A stretch of 64,000 bases of DNA from Tubiluchus corallicola (GCA_030141605.1 JAQGDQ010000723.1:43612-107611), one strand, 5' to 3'; shown: positions 26,331 to 41,150, counted from the stretch's first letter. Made by a program: numbers and translations. The notes: generated from the sequence alone by a model not told the origin.

Positions 26331-27350
26331 TTTGATGACGTCCGAATCTTAAACTGCGCAGATCACAGGTGCAAAAAAAAATATTAACCATATAATATTT
26401 AATAATTCATGAAACACTTCAAATGTACAGGGAAAAATAAGCTGTACTAATTTTCTATGTGTTGTTACTGTTGTCGCTAACACCATTTAACAATACACAC
26501 GCATGTGCGATAAAAAATAAAATGCTAATGCTTCAGAACTTTTCCACCTGAATTTACACAAGTTACACCATACTATACATCACAGATGACCAAAAATAAT
26601 TCTGGAACATATCAAGTAAGGACGCAATCAATTTATTAATTCAACTGTAGCTGTATGAAAACAATATGATCCATGTGATGTTTCACTGGGCTGTACGAAC
26701 AATAGTGTGCCAAGTACTCATGCAAATCACTAAGTACTTATGTGCTGCTAGTCACATCTCTCTAGGTTGATACATGCACAGTAGTTAAGGGTAATAATTT
26801 TCTTTATTATTCTCAGATAAAAAATTTTGTGGAATTTAATGGGCATTTTGACTTCTTTTACGATTATGACTATGGGAAATCTCAGAAGAGCACCATCTTA
26901 TCCTGTAGCACTAACTACATGTTCAAGTGATGAGTTCCAGAAAAGAATCACAGCATTGGTCGGTGTGGTCTCAATGTCTGTCGGTGTTGGCTTTTCTCTG
27001 ATAAAGCTTATATCAGTTGATTATTTCTTGAATATTCACATTATTATTTTTATTGATTAAATTATAAAATTCTGCAAGATTATTTTTTAAATGAACACCG
27101 GACGATTATTTAGACTCAATCTCGTTGATAATCATTGATTAATTGTCACATTATTTAGATTTTCCGATATGTTGTTTCTTCAATTTACTTTTATTTTTTA
27201 CTTACTGTAATAATTTTACTCTTTCACCATTATCGTCAATATTTAGCATAATTAGTGAAATTTATAGGGGTGGCTAGATTAGAAAACCATACGATTTGTT
27301 CGTTACCCTGTCTCTATAACTCTTTATTAAACTATACTGCATTATGCTAA

Positions 27351-28047
27351 TCTAGGGTGCAAAGTAGGACACTTCAGCTAAAGCACATGTGCTAAATTTG
27401 CGGAAAAGCAGCGTCGTACATGGGCAGCTCAAGTAGGGCACTAACAATTTCTGTTGAGAATTATGACATAATAAAACATTGTTTTAGGAAAAAAGTAACT
27501 TTATAATAATGATGGATAGTCCTTGACAATTTAAAATGTATTTTTTACAATAGTATCATTATTATTATTAGTGCCATTAACATCATCATAACATTAAACT
27601 AAGTATCTAATGTTTTAAATAGAGAAACTATGTAGGGCACACAGCTCATTAGCCCGTTTACTTAGTAAAAAACTATTATTTGTCCAAGAGGTATAGTGAA
27701 ACGGATCACCTATCTGTGAAGCGTGACAAAATAAAAAATAATATAATTTAAGCAAATGTTGAAATCGCCTAAAAATCGAGTTTATTTCACTTCAAAAAAT
27801 TAATACCAAAGCCAGATTTGATACTAGCTAGCTTTAATACTACTACTAAGTTCTACTAGCTCAGAATAAGGTTCTTTTAATTTATCAGATATACATTGAC
27901 GTTTTCAGCTATTATTATTAAGTAGGACGACGGGTGCTGCTAGTATGGTTAACTACTCAGTTCGTAACCTGTCGCTAGTGTCCTACTTGGGCTAGCTCAT
28001 GTGTGCTAACTGTCTACTTCGGCTAGTGTCCTACTCTGCTCCCAACA
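27351..28047. mobile_element. Non-autonomous Ginger-type MITE with 5-bp TSD
   Basis: Termini TCTAGGGTGCAAAGTAGGACACT ... AGTGTCCTACTCTGCTCCCAACA. GCTAA is duplicated at 27346-27350 and 28048-28052. It shares subterminal sequence with 51647-56030. Confidence 0.8.
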
Positions 28048-28862
28048 GCTAATGTTACTAATCGTGAGAGAAATAAATAGAAATTGAATTGAAATGTAGT
28101 TTATGTTTAACATGCTTACCTTTAGGCTTTACTCGGTTTATGTAGTATTTCACGTGTATTGGCTATTGCTTTGCAAATGTACATTATATGATTGTGCAAA
28201 TAAAACTGAACTTAACTGAATACTATTAAATATTTTTTCACCCATCGCATACAGTCAAAAAATGTGATATCCGCTAAGCATGAACAAAGCTATAATTTGA
28301 GCGTAACATTAAAAAGACCTTTACTTCAGTGTCGATTTACATGGTCATAAAGTGCTTAGTGACATAAAATGAAGGCAAAATTTAGGAAACTCTGAAGACA
28401 GAAACAATTAAGTTTCAGTGGCCAAAATCGATACAATATCAGAAAGCCGATTAGCAAAAAAATTACCTTTATATTCAACCAAACTGACTTTAACTCCGTT
28501 ACGACTGCTTCGTGCTTTGTTTTGCCGCATTCAGTATGTAGCAAGAAGCGAATTCTTTGTCGCAATATTACAAAATAAAGCGACGATTCAGAAATTAAAG
28601 ATATGTTTCATTTAGTCTTTTTTCATAGTATGAATAACAGTTGCAAGTAAAATAGCCACTTGATATAATAATTCCAATATAGTCTGTACACTATAATTAT
28701 GTATGAGTACATGTTTATAATATATATACTGTATAGTTATATAATTATTATATACTTTTTTATTATTATATAATTATATATAATAATTATTATAGAATAT
28801 AATTATCTAATAACTATATTATTATAATATAATTATTATTAATATTATAGTTATATAATTGT

Positions 28863-28894
<32 letters not shown>

Positions 28895-30430
28895 TGCATA
28901 CATAAAACTCTCCAGTCTTCAGGTAATGCCTGAGTAATAGAATGTAGTAGAAAATGATGTAAGAATAGGTTCTGCCAAATTTTGTAAAGTTCGATGTAAA
29001 ATTCGTAATGCAGTTAAAGTTGATACTAAAAAAATGTTTGTTAAATTACTCAAAATTACAATTCTCCAATAAAGCAGCAAGTAATACTTGTCTTAGTAGT
29101 CTTCCTGGTCATCATTGATCACTCAGCTTCACTTGTTTTTTATATAATATCCACTTTGTCGGCACTAATAACACATGCTCCTGGATGATGTCATTTTTTA
29201 TATATGTATGAGCATTTGAGGTTTGAAAAACTTAAGTCGGTGACCTCTAGTAACATGACCTTTGATTACCTAACGTGAAGTATTTTTCTCTATTGATTTC
29301 GTAGCAACCATGACGTATTTTAGATGATACTCTCAGATCAGCATGTACATTCCTTGTTCACAATGATTCCAGCTTGAAATTTATCCCTACTTAATTTTTC
29401 ACATCTTATTTTTATAGCTACATCTTTCTTCAGTCATGGTGACCAAACGGGTCTGTAATTAGTTACCCCAAAACTGGTCTTATAAAAGCTTTATAAAGAA
29501 CCAATCGTTGTAGTTATTTATGACCAATATATCTATTGTTGTTAATTTTAGAATTTTCTAACAAGTAAATTTCAAATAGAATGCTATATAAAAATGATAT
29601 AAGCCGTATAATTTGTTACGTCAAACAGTAGAGAACACTCATGCCCTCAATATTTAGCAAGGATGGCTAGTACATATCCATTAGTATTGGCAGTACAAAG
29701 ACATTGTATCAAACTCAGATCTTCTAAGGATTCTGCAGGGTTTTTTTTATAAAGCTTGATTTTTATAACAGATATTTTTTATACACTTCTGTGTGTGTGT
29801 TACAAGCCTCCTCTTTGAATGACAATCACTGAATGGCATGTTTTCTTATCATCTTAGTGAGCTTTTGCTCTGCCTTCACCAAAGTGTTCAGCAGGGTTGA
29901 GGTCCAGTAAATTTCCAAGCCACTGAGTTTGATCAATCCCAGACTTTTCCAGAGCTGAAGCTCTGATCAAATGTGCTGAGATAGTAACTTGAGCATTATG
30001 TGTAAGGCTCCACACTAAATAATATTAAGACGTATCTCTCTTGCAGTTTTAGAAGAACCATAAGTTATCTGGAAGGTTATATAAGAAGGTTATATATCTA
30101 CATAACATAAGGACAACAGGAATGAAAGAAATTCCAACCGTTGAGCTTTACTTTGCTGATCATGATAAAAGGTTATTAAGTGAAAAAGTTGAGAAGTTGC
30201 AGTCATATAATGTTGCGAGACTTTCCACCTATAACGGCTGAGTGGCTATAGAAGATATTTCACTACGTTCGAATGCTCACTTTCACCATACATATCTTAA
30301 CTGAAGTTGCAGTAATATATTATTTTAAAAATATCTATGTTGTTTATGTTGTTTCTGAGATGAATGATGTAGTTGAAGAACTGCATTGCAATTTTGAAAG
30401 AAATTTAAGTTTTTTTATTAACTAAGTAGA

Positions 30431-30528
30431 AATAATAATAATAATAATAATAATAACAACAACAAGAACAACAACAACAATAATAATAATAACAACAACA
30501 ACAACAATAATAATAACAACAACAACAA
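30431..30528. repeat. (AAT)/(AAC) microsatellite
   Basis: Directly visible. Confidence 0.95.
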
Positions 30529-31916
30529 AATGAGAGTGCAGCACTAAACATGTACAACTTTATGTTTGAGTGTCAGCAGTGTCCAAACCATAGAAGTAAA
30601 ATTTTTTATGTATGTCGACACACTGCAATCCCAAATCCAACCAGCACGGCCTATTTAGACTAAATGTTTGTGACTGGCTACATGTGATATAACCGCTGAA
30701 CCACTGAACTGGCAAAGAATAGGTAGTTATTACACAGTACCCCTGTATACAACATCTCATCCCTGTAATATTCCTGAATATAATATAATCACAATTATAA
30801 TATTATATCGTTCCTGTAAACAGTAAATTGTTCACGAATTTTACACAACTACCGCCCTGAGTGAGCTGGTATTGTATCAAGGCAGCCACACAAACCACAT
30901 ACATCATCCGCATGAAAGTGTGCATGCCTATCCCCGCCACTAAGCCACAAACCACGCATTACCATTATCATATCATTGCTTAGTCATTATAGTTATAGTA
31001 TATACAGCTGAGAATGATTTATAACTTACTATTGTAAAAGTGTTAAGAATATACATTGGTCGCTGACAATGCTAGGAAACTGAAAAAGTTTTCCCGGGGG
31101 CTAAATTTGTTATGAGAGTCTGCATATTGCTGAAAATAATTTCGTCATGCGTCTTTTTGTCGTTTTGGTTCACCTTTAACTCACTTTTCCAGCTACCAAC
31201 ATCGTTTTGGCTATTTTTGAGACTTTAATTTTGGTAGCTATTGTGTAAGGAACAAAGTACTGGACTATATCGTACACTCAATCTCTAAACAAAGTTTTTG
31301 TGGCGCTTGCACTTTAACTACAAAGATTGTAAAGGTTTTGTACATTATATACACATGTAGAGCAAAAACTAGGCACCTATAACTAGACATCTATAACTAA
31401 TCTAAAGACTCAGTGTTTGCAGGCAGGCGTGTTTCTCATGAATCCAATCTATATTTTGTTCTTCAATGGCATTAACATACTTTCGGATGGCTGTGACACC
31501 ATCGCGGTCGTTTCATCTGATACTTGTAAGTAATTGTATTTATAACTTCCATTTTGTGCTGCATTTTAAAACTATATACGAACTTTTAACCATGTATTAC
31601 AGTTAAATTGTAATTTTGGTAAAACATTTTTTATAAAAACGCTTAGAAAAAATCTAAACAAAGCAACTCTACTCAGTACTCTGTATTTAACGAATTTTCT
31701 TCTCTGAAATAACTTATAATCTGACTCTAACATCCCATTTTCCTGCCCTTTTAAGTTACATTTAAATAGCAATTATTTCTCAACTCATCAAAAAATTCTG
31801 TCAAGAACTTGATTTTAAAAACCAGTAATTATAACCTTTTTAAGTCCTTTTGTTTTAGTTATATCTACTAAAATAATGAAAAACCATGGTTTTCTGGAAA
31901 ATTTTTAAAAAATCTA

Positions 31917-34406
31917 CTAAATATAAACCCTCCTATTTATATTATCTTCAATATTAATAGTTGTTGTCATTTTGTCATACACATGATCGCCTACCTGGGC
32001 GACATAACTTATGTTGACATCTTCATCTTGTACAACAGGCAAATTTGCAATCAGTGACCTGGTGTAATTCATGATCTCGTCACGACGTGTGGAAACTGGA
32101 AGCGACTTTTTAAATTTTGGATGAAGAAACAGAGCGGTGAAATGCTGCACTGTTAGCACAATTTTTTCCTGCAGGTAAGGTGCAGCCCATCTTCAGTTTT
32201 TGCAGAAGGCTATTGTCCATTCCACCAAAATGTAAGAATTTGCTCAGCTTTTCTTTCCACAATACTGCAAGATGCAAAGTAGGTTTACCATCTGCTTCAA
32301 AATCCCATACAGCCATAGCAAATGGTTTCAAAAAGTCCATCAATATTATCAGTGAGTCCTTGTCAATGCCTGTCATACGACACCTTTGGTTTTTTGAATC
32401 CAGTAGTTCTTCTATTTCACCGAATACATGTAGCACTGACTCGATCATGTTGTACATCGAAATCCACCTCGTGTCATTTTGCTGTTTTATGGTTTTTGAT
32501 AAGTTCACATTGTTGCCACTTCTCTTTAGGAAAGCTACTAGCTGCTTGCAAGCCTTTATGGATGCATCAAGCTTAGAAAGGTCCTCATCTTCTTCTTGCA
32601 TCGATATTGATAATGTGTGCCAAATAGTGGTAGCTAACGTGTGATCTGCACATGGTAACCTGATGTGATTTCTCAGCGTTGCTTTGATATTTGACCCTTC
32701 ATCAGTAACAAACACAAATCGCTCTAAAACTGTCCTGTTTTCAAAACCCATAGTCTCCAAATTTTTTGCAAATCTCTGTATATATTTTCTGTTGTTTTAG
32801 CTTCATTAGTAGGAAAATCAGATATCAAGAGATGTCTAGAATACAGTGTACTATTTACTACGTAGTGCACTGTCAGTGAAGTATAACTAAGACTGTTATA
32901 AGAGTCTATCCACATGTCGGTTGTTACAGCTATGCCACCATTCTGATCAATACAGGTTTTCAAAATGGAAATAAGCTTAGTTTTGCCCACTTTTGCAAAT
33001 TCTGCAAGATCTTTTGTGATGGTGCTCCTAGCTGGCGATGCATCACTGATTAAAAATGAACCATGTTTTGCTCCTAGGTCGATGCAAGTCTGCAGAAGCT
33101 CTCTCATGCCACTACCATTAAAAGTACTCAATGGACGCAAGTCCTTGGTCACTACTGACACACAAGACTCTCGAAGCTTTTTTGAGGATTGGTTAGGTAA
33201 CTTGAAGGACTGTGGTTTGAAGAATTTTGTTATGATATTTTGCGATGCTACATTCAAGTTCTTGTCGTAGTACTGGAGGTGTTTTCGTAGATGGCTAGTA
33301 CCACTCTCATGAAAGTCATGATACTACATGTGACCATTATTTTTGCAAGAAACAAAATTTACGTATGCATCTGCATCATATACACATTGGTAGTGTGCCC
33401 ACACATCACTCTTACTTTTTGGATTTTCTTTAACTTTCCCACTTTCAAGGCCAAGTTTTATATCTTTTTCGCTTAGACTTGCGATGTCTTCTACCTTCCG
33501 TTTGGCCATGGCAATAACTAACTGCTGAACTACTCAGAACCAGGCTGTCTACTCTACTGTACACCTATTAAAATGTGACAAAAGATTGCATTACTACAAG
33601 CTAGGCCAATTCATTAAGTTGATTGCACACTAACTAAAAGTAAATAAAGTTGTAAATATTTGTTATTATGAAAGTACGACAATTGACTAAGCACTGTAAA
33701 TGCGATATCTAGATCAATGATGCAGCATAAAATTTACTCTACATTGCAAATGTAATAATTACGAAGTTGTGAATACAACAGTTTTGATCCATGGTTTGTG
33801 TTCGTTCAATTGAAAAATGTCACATAACATCTGCATACTACATTATTTAAGCCTACAATAAAGTGGTGTATTGCGTTTGCAAACGTTTGCAAAAAACAAC
33901 TCTGTTTGTTTATTATTTTCAAGTGCATTTAGCTTTACTTACTAAAAAGTGTTAGGTGGGTACACACTCACAAGTGTCACAGTATGAAATAATTCGTTTA
34001 TCAAATTTTAGTTATATCAAGACATTCCAATCAGCCGATTAATGTACGGTAATACTCAGCCTTGCATAGCAGAAGACTATGCGAGAAAGCAGGGAAATCA
34101 TACTCATAGCACTTCTTGCCTCTGTTTCGTATCAAATGATGGAATAAGAACTTTTGGTCAGCTTGCACGTGCAATACCTATATCTAAGAGTGGAAGACTG
34201 CTGGTCATTATCAGTTACTAAACAATTAAATATGCCCCCATTATTAGAAAAAAAACTAAAGGATAATTAAACATTGTATGATTTACGTATTTCGCATTTG
34301 GGTCCGCGAACAATAGTTAAGAAATTGTCTAGTTCCGCAGGGTCCGCAAATCCGCGAAAAAATCGTGCGGATCCGGGTCCTCAGTTCTGCGGTTTGCGCA
34401 TCTCTG
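31917..34406 (-). mobile_element. Decayed hobo/Hermes-like hAT transposon, 3'-truncated
   Basis: Frameshifted ORFs contain the start of a BED finger (SDVWAHY...VSCK), DLRPLSTFNGSG, TTDMW, VTDEGSN, CADH, DTRW and FLHPKFK. The 5' terminus CAGAGATGCGC is at 34406, with CCGC/GCGG subterminal repeats. Confidence 0.88.
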
Positions 34407-34597
34407 CCAGACAATACATACCCTAAAACTGAATCATAAAGGTAGAGACCATTATTCAGAGAAATACGTTCTCCAGTTAAAACATTATTTAGCTGATCCG
34501 ATCCTACTAAGATCTTTGTGACTATGCAGCATTGGAGCTTTAGGAATAATGTCAGCCAATTTATCTTTGAAATTTGTATTCAGGTGATCAATCAATA

Positions 34598-35938
34598 GGG
34601 GAGGGCGGGGTAAGATGAGCACTTTTTTGGATTTTGCTGCAGATATTGTAGATAAAACAACTAACAATATTTGTTTTATATACAGTATTAATATAGTGTT
34701 ATTATGAAATTGAACACGTAGCTAGAACAATTACTTCTTGCACACATTTCTACTAATGACCATCTGAAAAAGTCTTGTCAGACTGATCATCTTACCCCAA
34801 GAGTGGGGTATGTTGAACATGTACTTGGGGTAAGTTGATCAAACATTATGTGAGACAAATTTCTTCGAGGAAAAGTATAAAATAATGAAAGAATATGCAG
34901 TGTAACCTCTAATGGCTCATAATTGTATGCAATGGGAATTCAGCTTGAGTATCCGAACTGATAATACGAATTTTTTGGACAAAAATCCAGTCAACAATCT
35001 CAGTATGACAGATGCCATCGGCTTAGATCACACGAGAATACTAGTCTATTAGACATTCGCGCGCTGCCGGTTTGGTGCTGCGGAGTTGGTAATTTGTGTA
35101 GAATATCATATGTTGTGAACACGGCCGAATCGTCAGAATCAATAACAAATGCTGGTTGGCCAGTGTTGATATGTCCTGGAGCCTTTTTCAGAAATGCACC
35201 TTCAAAGTCATCATCCTCTTTAACATCAATTCTCGCAATGAATGTTTTTTGCTTGCTTTTAGCACTATCAACTTTAACTACGACGAAATCACCCTCAATA
35301 AACTCATTTATATCCTCATCACTATCATCATCAGTGTCTATTAACTCCACTTCTTCTGATTCATCCGAATTCTCTGATTCATCAGATGACTCATTATCAA
35401 TTGTCTTGGAGACTTGTCCTTTTTCAGAAAACAATCGCCGTTTCGGAAGTACGATGCTTTTCTTAGTAGCTTTAGCCGACTTTTTCTCTATCTTTCCCAA
35501 TTTCTTTGCTTTCTTATTCACTTCTACTGTCGCTATTTGATCTCTAATTGGAGTGCTGGTTAGAATTTTTGTTGACCCTTTCTTACGCCCGCCCTTCTTT
35601 CGCGGCTGCGCTTTCGGAACGGGCACTATTTTAGAGGGGGATACATAATCTTCTTCATTTAGAACAGAATCTTGATTGACTGGTTGATTATCAAGATATT
35701 CATCATTTGGATTTGGTGTATCAGACATATTCAACGACGCCGATGTCGCGAGAGCCGCAGTGACTGATAAGTTAGGTCTATCAGTAACTGCTCTTCCTGC
35801 AAAATCAGCGTCGGTGAATATGTCTTTATTATAAGGACATATGCCTGTAGCACGAATACCTGCTAGTATATTTCTGGCTGTAACAGCATTAAGTTGTGCC
35901 TCGGCTACTAGTTTTGGAATGTCATATATTGTCACTGT
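34598..35938 (-). mobile_element. pogo-family transposon, 3' half only
   Basis: ORF 35000-35935 aligns by eye with the C-terminal half of 48362-49642 (TIYDIP, KGSxKILT, IEGDFVVVK, SCDLSxW). A TA-GGGGAGG terminus lies at 34596-34625. Confidence 0.88.
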
Positions 35939-37367
35939 AAATGTAAACAGTGAAATTATATAGCCGTGATCAATACGAAGGAAGTGCAGTGCATCAACTG
36001 TGTATCTGTTTAGCCTTTTTTAGATGTTTATTGAGGGCTACGGGACACTTGGTAGAAATGCACAATTTTATTCCCCTAAATGGGTAATGTTTTGCAAGTC
36101 TTCCCGCCTAATGAATAATTGTTCTTGTACTTACTTATTTTCTCTATAAACTTGTTAAGCCATCCTGGTTTCATCTCAGGTACATATGTGTTGGTTTTTG
36201 GTAGCTTAAATGGCCTACTTTTCTGTGAGTTTAAATTCATGTTGGCTCGTATTTTGGCTTGAAATGCTTTGCATGTCTCATACTCTTTGGATCCAAAATC
36301 ATTGTTTGGCTTCTTGCAATATGTTTCTCGCTAATATCGCAACATTTTTCTCAATAAATCACTGTGCATTGTTGTAATGACAATGTCTAAGGGGGCTCTA
36401 TTCTCGTCAGAAATGGACTGATTTAGTGGCTGATTTATCCTTTTCATTTTGGCTTGGTTCAGCTGCCTCAAACGAATAAAATATTTATCACTACTACATC
36501 AAAAAATACAGAATACATATATACATAATTTAACACTTTCATCAAACTTATTTACAGTTTCAAAACCAAGGATCCTTGGAGGATGTCTGAACCTCTCTTT
36601 TTCTTGTGTATGGGCAGACTCTGGAGCCAGTGAGGGAATGGCTTCTTCCTTCCCTCTCTTTTCCTCACAAGGGCTGTTGCTGTAGCCATGGATCAGTTAG
36701 TGAGTAGTGAGTCACGGTCGGTTGCACCACTGGTATAGTCACAAATACAGGATGCCACCGGACCTTCTGACTCACATTCTTGAACTGATCCACAGATGCG
36801 ACAAATAACATTTTGTTCTGGTCATTCCTGTATTTCAAATGTCAAATGTCACAATTATTAGGTATGGGAGCCCAGGCAACCACGCACTAGCTTTACTCTA
36901 AACAGTGATGTCAAATTGATTGAGGAAATCTGTGGCAAGAATTTCTGCAGTCAGCTGTGCTGTGTAGTTACTGAGTGTGTATGGAACAACATTTGTGGAA
37001 TAATTCGCTGTCTAGAACACCTCTCCCACTAATGGCAGTAGGGTCCCTTCCAAGGGTTATGCCCCAACAAGATACAGTCTGGGCTATATAAACGAAATGT
37101 CTTGGGTATTATTAGTGTAATGCGGCTAGGGGTTCACATAACAGAAAGATGTGCAGATGATAGTATTTTACACCAATGACTTGGGTTCATCTGATTGTTA
37201 AGCGTAGGCACACATTGGCACAAATTACTTCTTGAGGTCCACAGGATACATGTAGAGAGGCAATCAAGGTTGTTAAACACAGTGTGAAAATTAGTTCCCA
37301 AAGTCAATAGCAGACTGACATTCAAGGATTATTGACTTTGATAGACAATTCAACAACACGTTATTAT

Positions 37368-38570
37368 TTATTTAATTATTTTATTATGGTATATTATGCT
37401 CACTTCCATTGTTCGAGGCAATGTAAGGCAAATTGCCCTGATTTTATTTAGGAAAGGTCGCAGATGCCAGAGTTTATCAGTATTTTTCTGAGCATCACTC
37501 ACAGTATAGTCATTGGCGACTTTCAGATAGTATCTAATACGGAAAAATCTATCTCTGGGCATTGCACTTCTTATAATCGGCACATGGGTCTTATTAGACC
37601 AATACAGTCTGATTCTCGGCATTTTAATGCACCCCATTAAGAGGTTAATACCGAAGAACTTTTTCATCTCACCAGCATTTGTATTCAATGATTTGCCAGT
37701 CTTGGCAACATACATTTCATTTGTACAATGTATGTTAAGAATGCATCATCAATGTACTGATAGAAATAGTCTACCGGTGAGAAGTTGTCTCGGTACATAG
37801 CATTTTGGACAAATGGAATTACGTCTGGTTCAAATGTTCCACTTTGTGTCCATTTCTTTTTTGTAAACGCCCTGCGTGGGACTTCATCTTCAGAATCACT
37901 AGGGTCATCATGTCTTTGCTGGATATCTCTTCCATCTAGTTCTTCATCCCCATCTTCATCATGACTCATTTCGTCTGGTTCTGGCCAGTCAGGATCTTCG
38001 ACATCATCATCATCATCAATTTCATCATCATCTGAGAGCTGGGCATCAGAATCATTTAGTAACTCTAATACTTCATCAGTAGACATATGCTGGTGATGAT
38101 GTTGGGGTGCTGAAAGAACATAAGGTAGCTGTAATATAATTTATTTTTGAATAAAACAATTCAAGATTACAGTTTAACCTGTTGTGACCCAGTCCCAATG
38201 TCCCTTCTAGGGGACAACGCCGAAAACTGGTTATCAGAAGCGAGTGTTCGCGTGTACGAAGCTTAAAGCACAATTAAACGTATCTCGGAGGGTTGTACAT
38301 ATAAACTAAACTATCCGTTTACCCTTCAAAAGTTGTAAAGAAGCATATTTTACCTGTTTTCCTCCGCTTACTTGTGGAAGGGATGGGTGACGCCATTTTA
38401 GCTGGATACCAGACCCATTTATTGAATGGAGCTTCCTAAATTTTTGTACAGATGGCAGCAGCTACATGTCCTCTACACGGGCCTTCGGGCCTCCATTCGA
38501 TTAAAAGCGATTTAAGAGAGTTATGCCAATTAAAACCACAAGTCCCCTGTGGGGGACAGTGGGACCGACG
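37368..38570 (-). mobile_element. piggyBac-like transposon, 5' fragment
   Basis: Acidic N-terminus, SPVDYF, EMKKFFGINLLMG, YWS, MPRDRF, DKLWHLRPFL; truncated before the first catalytic Asp. Inverted GTCCC...GGGAC motifs at ~38190-38215 and ~38540-38567. Confidence 0.82.
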
Positions 38571-39780
38571 ACGATCATTTGATCAATATCAAAGTCATTA
38601 GCCATTAATTTATTCATAAATAATTACTCATAAATTAATTAACACATCATAACTAACAGTCTCGAGCGAGCTCCGAACATTATTATATCACTAAAAGCAT
38701 TGTACATAATCAAATTCCATTGTACATCATAATACCACATAATACTGTCATGTATTCATCATAAAATTATCCTTTTCAAAAGTCACTGGTATAAACCATA
38801 ATTATCAAAATCAGTGTTATCAGAGTTTTATATCAGTACCATCATTCATTATCGCCTTGTGCACTATCGATACTATCATTCCTCATGGCCTTGTGCATTA
38901 TCTTCTTCATCTTCTTCTCCTGTCAAAAGTAGAAGATCTTCAGTGCATGGACCAACACTGGTGAGAAAAACGTGTTTTTCCGCTGGAGTTGTGGACATTG
39001 GCGTCTGTGTTACGGCGTCACAAATAGTCCTTGACCCCACAGGTGGAGTGGACTGTAATGGCATAAGTGTACAGGGAGGAGCTATCTCGGCCAAGAATGC
39101 AGATATTGCTCTGGCTCTGCGAACTGCATACCGCCTTCCAAATAAGACTTTACATGACGGTGAATAAAACAGCACATCCACATTGTAAACTGTACTTGCC
39201 ACATAACGAGAAATAAATTGCTGAACTTCCTGCACTTTGATGAAAATAAGGCGATTCACTGTGGTTCTATGTAATATGTCACGCAGACATGAAAGAGAAT
39301 GACCTGTAGTCGACCATCTAACTTTATGTATAAATATAGTTTGATAATGACACGCTGCACATTGTCCAGCAGTTAATTTTGCATACGGGTAGCAAATGAT
39401 GCTTGTGCTGCGTGTGAGTGACAGCAGCTTCTGCTGGTATAAATCTTACACTAGAAATTAATGTAATTTGAATCAAATGAACAGGCAATTTTTCTGATCG
39501 CATATTTGGTTACCCTGTGTGAAGGTGCTCTTGGCCATTGTCAGTCTCTTGTCAGTACTGGTTTCTTACGGCAGTGGAGTTGCGTTTCTTTGCTTCTGCC
39601 ATTGCCTCCTGGACATTAAACATTGTTGCTGCTAGAGCCCCAAAAACAGCACCAAGCCACCTGCCAGTTGCGAAGCCCTTAATTGCTTCCCATATTAGCT
39701 TCCCCAACCACATGTACCATGGTGGATCAGGCCATTTATACATCTTCACCTTCCTGAATTCTTCTTCTGATCCACCCCTA

Positions 39781-40140
39781 AAGAATCTATATCTTTCAAC
39801 TGTTTGATTGGCAGTTGGAATACAATACCTTTCAAAGGCTGTAAACAAGTGTCCGGCAGTTCGTTCAGCTTCAGGTGTAGTTATATTTAATGTGGGGTAG
39901 ATTTCCCTACCTCTCTCGCCGATTAAATACAGAAAGGTCTTCCTTTTCACTTCTTCAGTTTTATCACTAGGTGCAAGTTCCATATACGAGCTAAATTCTT
40001 CACGCCATTTTTCCATGCTTGTGACAGATTGCGTGATTCGAAGTTTAGTGCGTTAGGTGGTTTCAGCTGATTCATCGTTCTCTACAAATTTGCGGTCCGA
40101 ATAAATACTCAAAACGACTATCCCACTTTTGACACCATGT
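39781..40140 (-). mobile_element. Gypsy (Mag-like) LTR retrotransposon fragment: PBS plus gag N-terminus
   Basis: ACA followed by TGGTGTCAAAAGTGGGAT (tRNA-Leu-type PBS, 40137-40120). Translation MNQLKPP...KWREEF...FLYLIGERGREIY...NQTVERYRFF. Confidence 0.8.
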
Positions 40141-40145
40141 TACAA

Positions 40146-41150
40146 TGAGCACTAATAATGCACCAACTTTAGTTTTTACTTTACTTACTATACTATGAAT
40201 GTGAGTTGTCCACTTTGCATTATCTTGTAGAATTATACCTAAATGTTTATGATTTTTACATTTTTCTATAATAATACCATTCATTACATGAACAGGCTCT
40301 GCTTCAGTAACATTTCGACTAAATGCCATGTATTTCGTTTTTGAGGGATTGAATTTTCCTGTGGACGTGGAATATGTATTTCCAAAATTTGTCCTGGTGT
40401 ACAGAAATCTTATTATAGTTCGAGTGTTTCCACTTTTGCTTGCTGTACTATAAGTGGAGAAGGCAAAGGCCAAAACGAAAATATTGCTGTCATCATTAGT
40501 GTCATTACAGTTAGTGATGTTTCCACCGTCATCTAGGGTTACCATATTGTCTGAGTTGATAAAGAGGACACTTTTTAGAAGTTTAGATTCCTGGCCGTCA
40601 AATCTTCTCTCACAACAAACGGTGGTGCCGGCATTTTATTCTGTCTGTTGTTCTTCACAAGCAGTCGACTTGCAGTCATTACTTCCCGTTTAACTCTTTT
40701 CGTCGTAAATTTGCATATTACTGCCCTTGGTCTTGGGTTGTCAGTATTAACATGACCAATTCTATGAGTAGGTCCTACAGTCAATGTCTGCAATCGTCAC
40801 ACTTTTTAATCCAAGATCGTCATTGAACAAAGACAGAGCAACATCATCCGTATTTTCATCTTGATTTTCTACAAGGCCAAAACATCTAATTGTATTTCAT
40901 CTCGAATATTGTTCAAGCTCAAGCTTGGCTTCTAAATTGTCGCAAGTTTTATAAAATTCATCGAAAGATTTACTTGGCATTGCTTCATCGATAGTTTTCT
41001 TTATGATTGGCTCAACAAAAATATCAATCAGCAACTTGATAGCACTTACATTTTCAGGTCGTGTAAGCATTTACATAATGGTTGGCTCCAGCTCCAAATC
41101 CAAGTTTTCAATTTCTTGGCGTACTCTTTCTCCCAAGTTTTCTTCCATAG
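40146..41150 (-). mobile_element. Decayed CR1/L2-group LINE pieces (ORF1 and RT C-terminal part)
   Basis: ORF1-like EQYSR...FGL.E...ENT, HRIG, PRAVICKF at 40575-41150. RT-end FNPSKTKYM, KHLGIIL, KWTTHI at 40146-40360. Confidence 0.75.

Noticed and set aside
26817-26930. Possible + strand exon (DKNFVEFNGHFDFFYDYDYG...)
   Set aside because: It has an acceptor-like site but no recognisable homology or partner exon.
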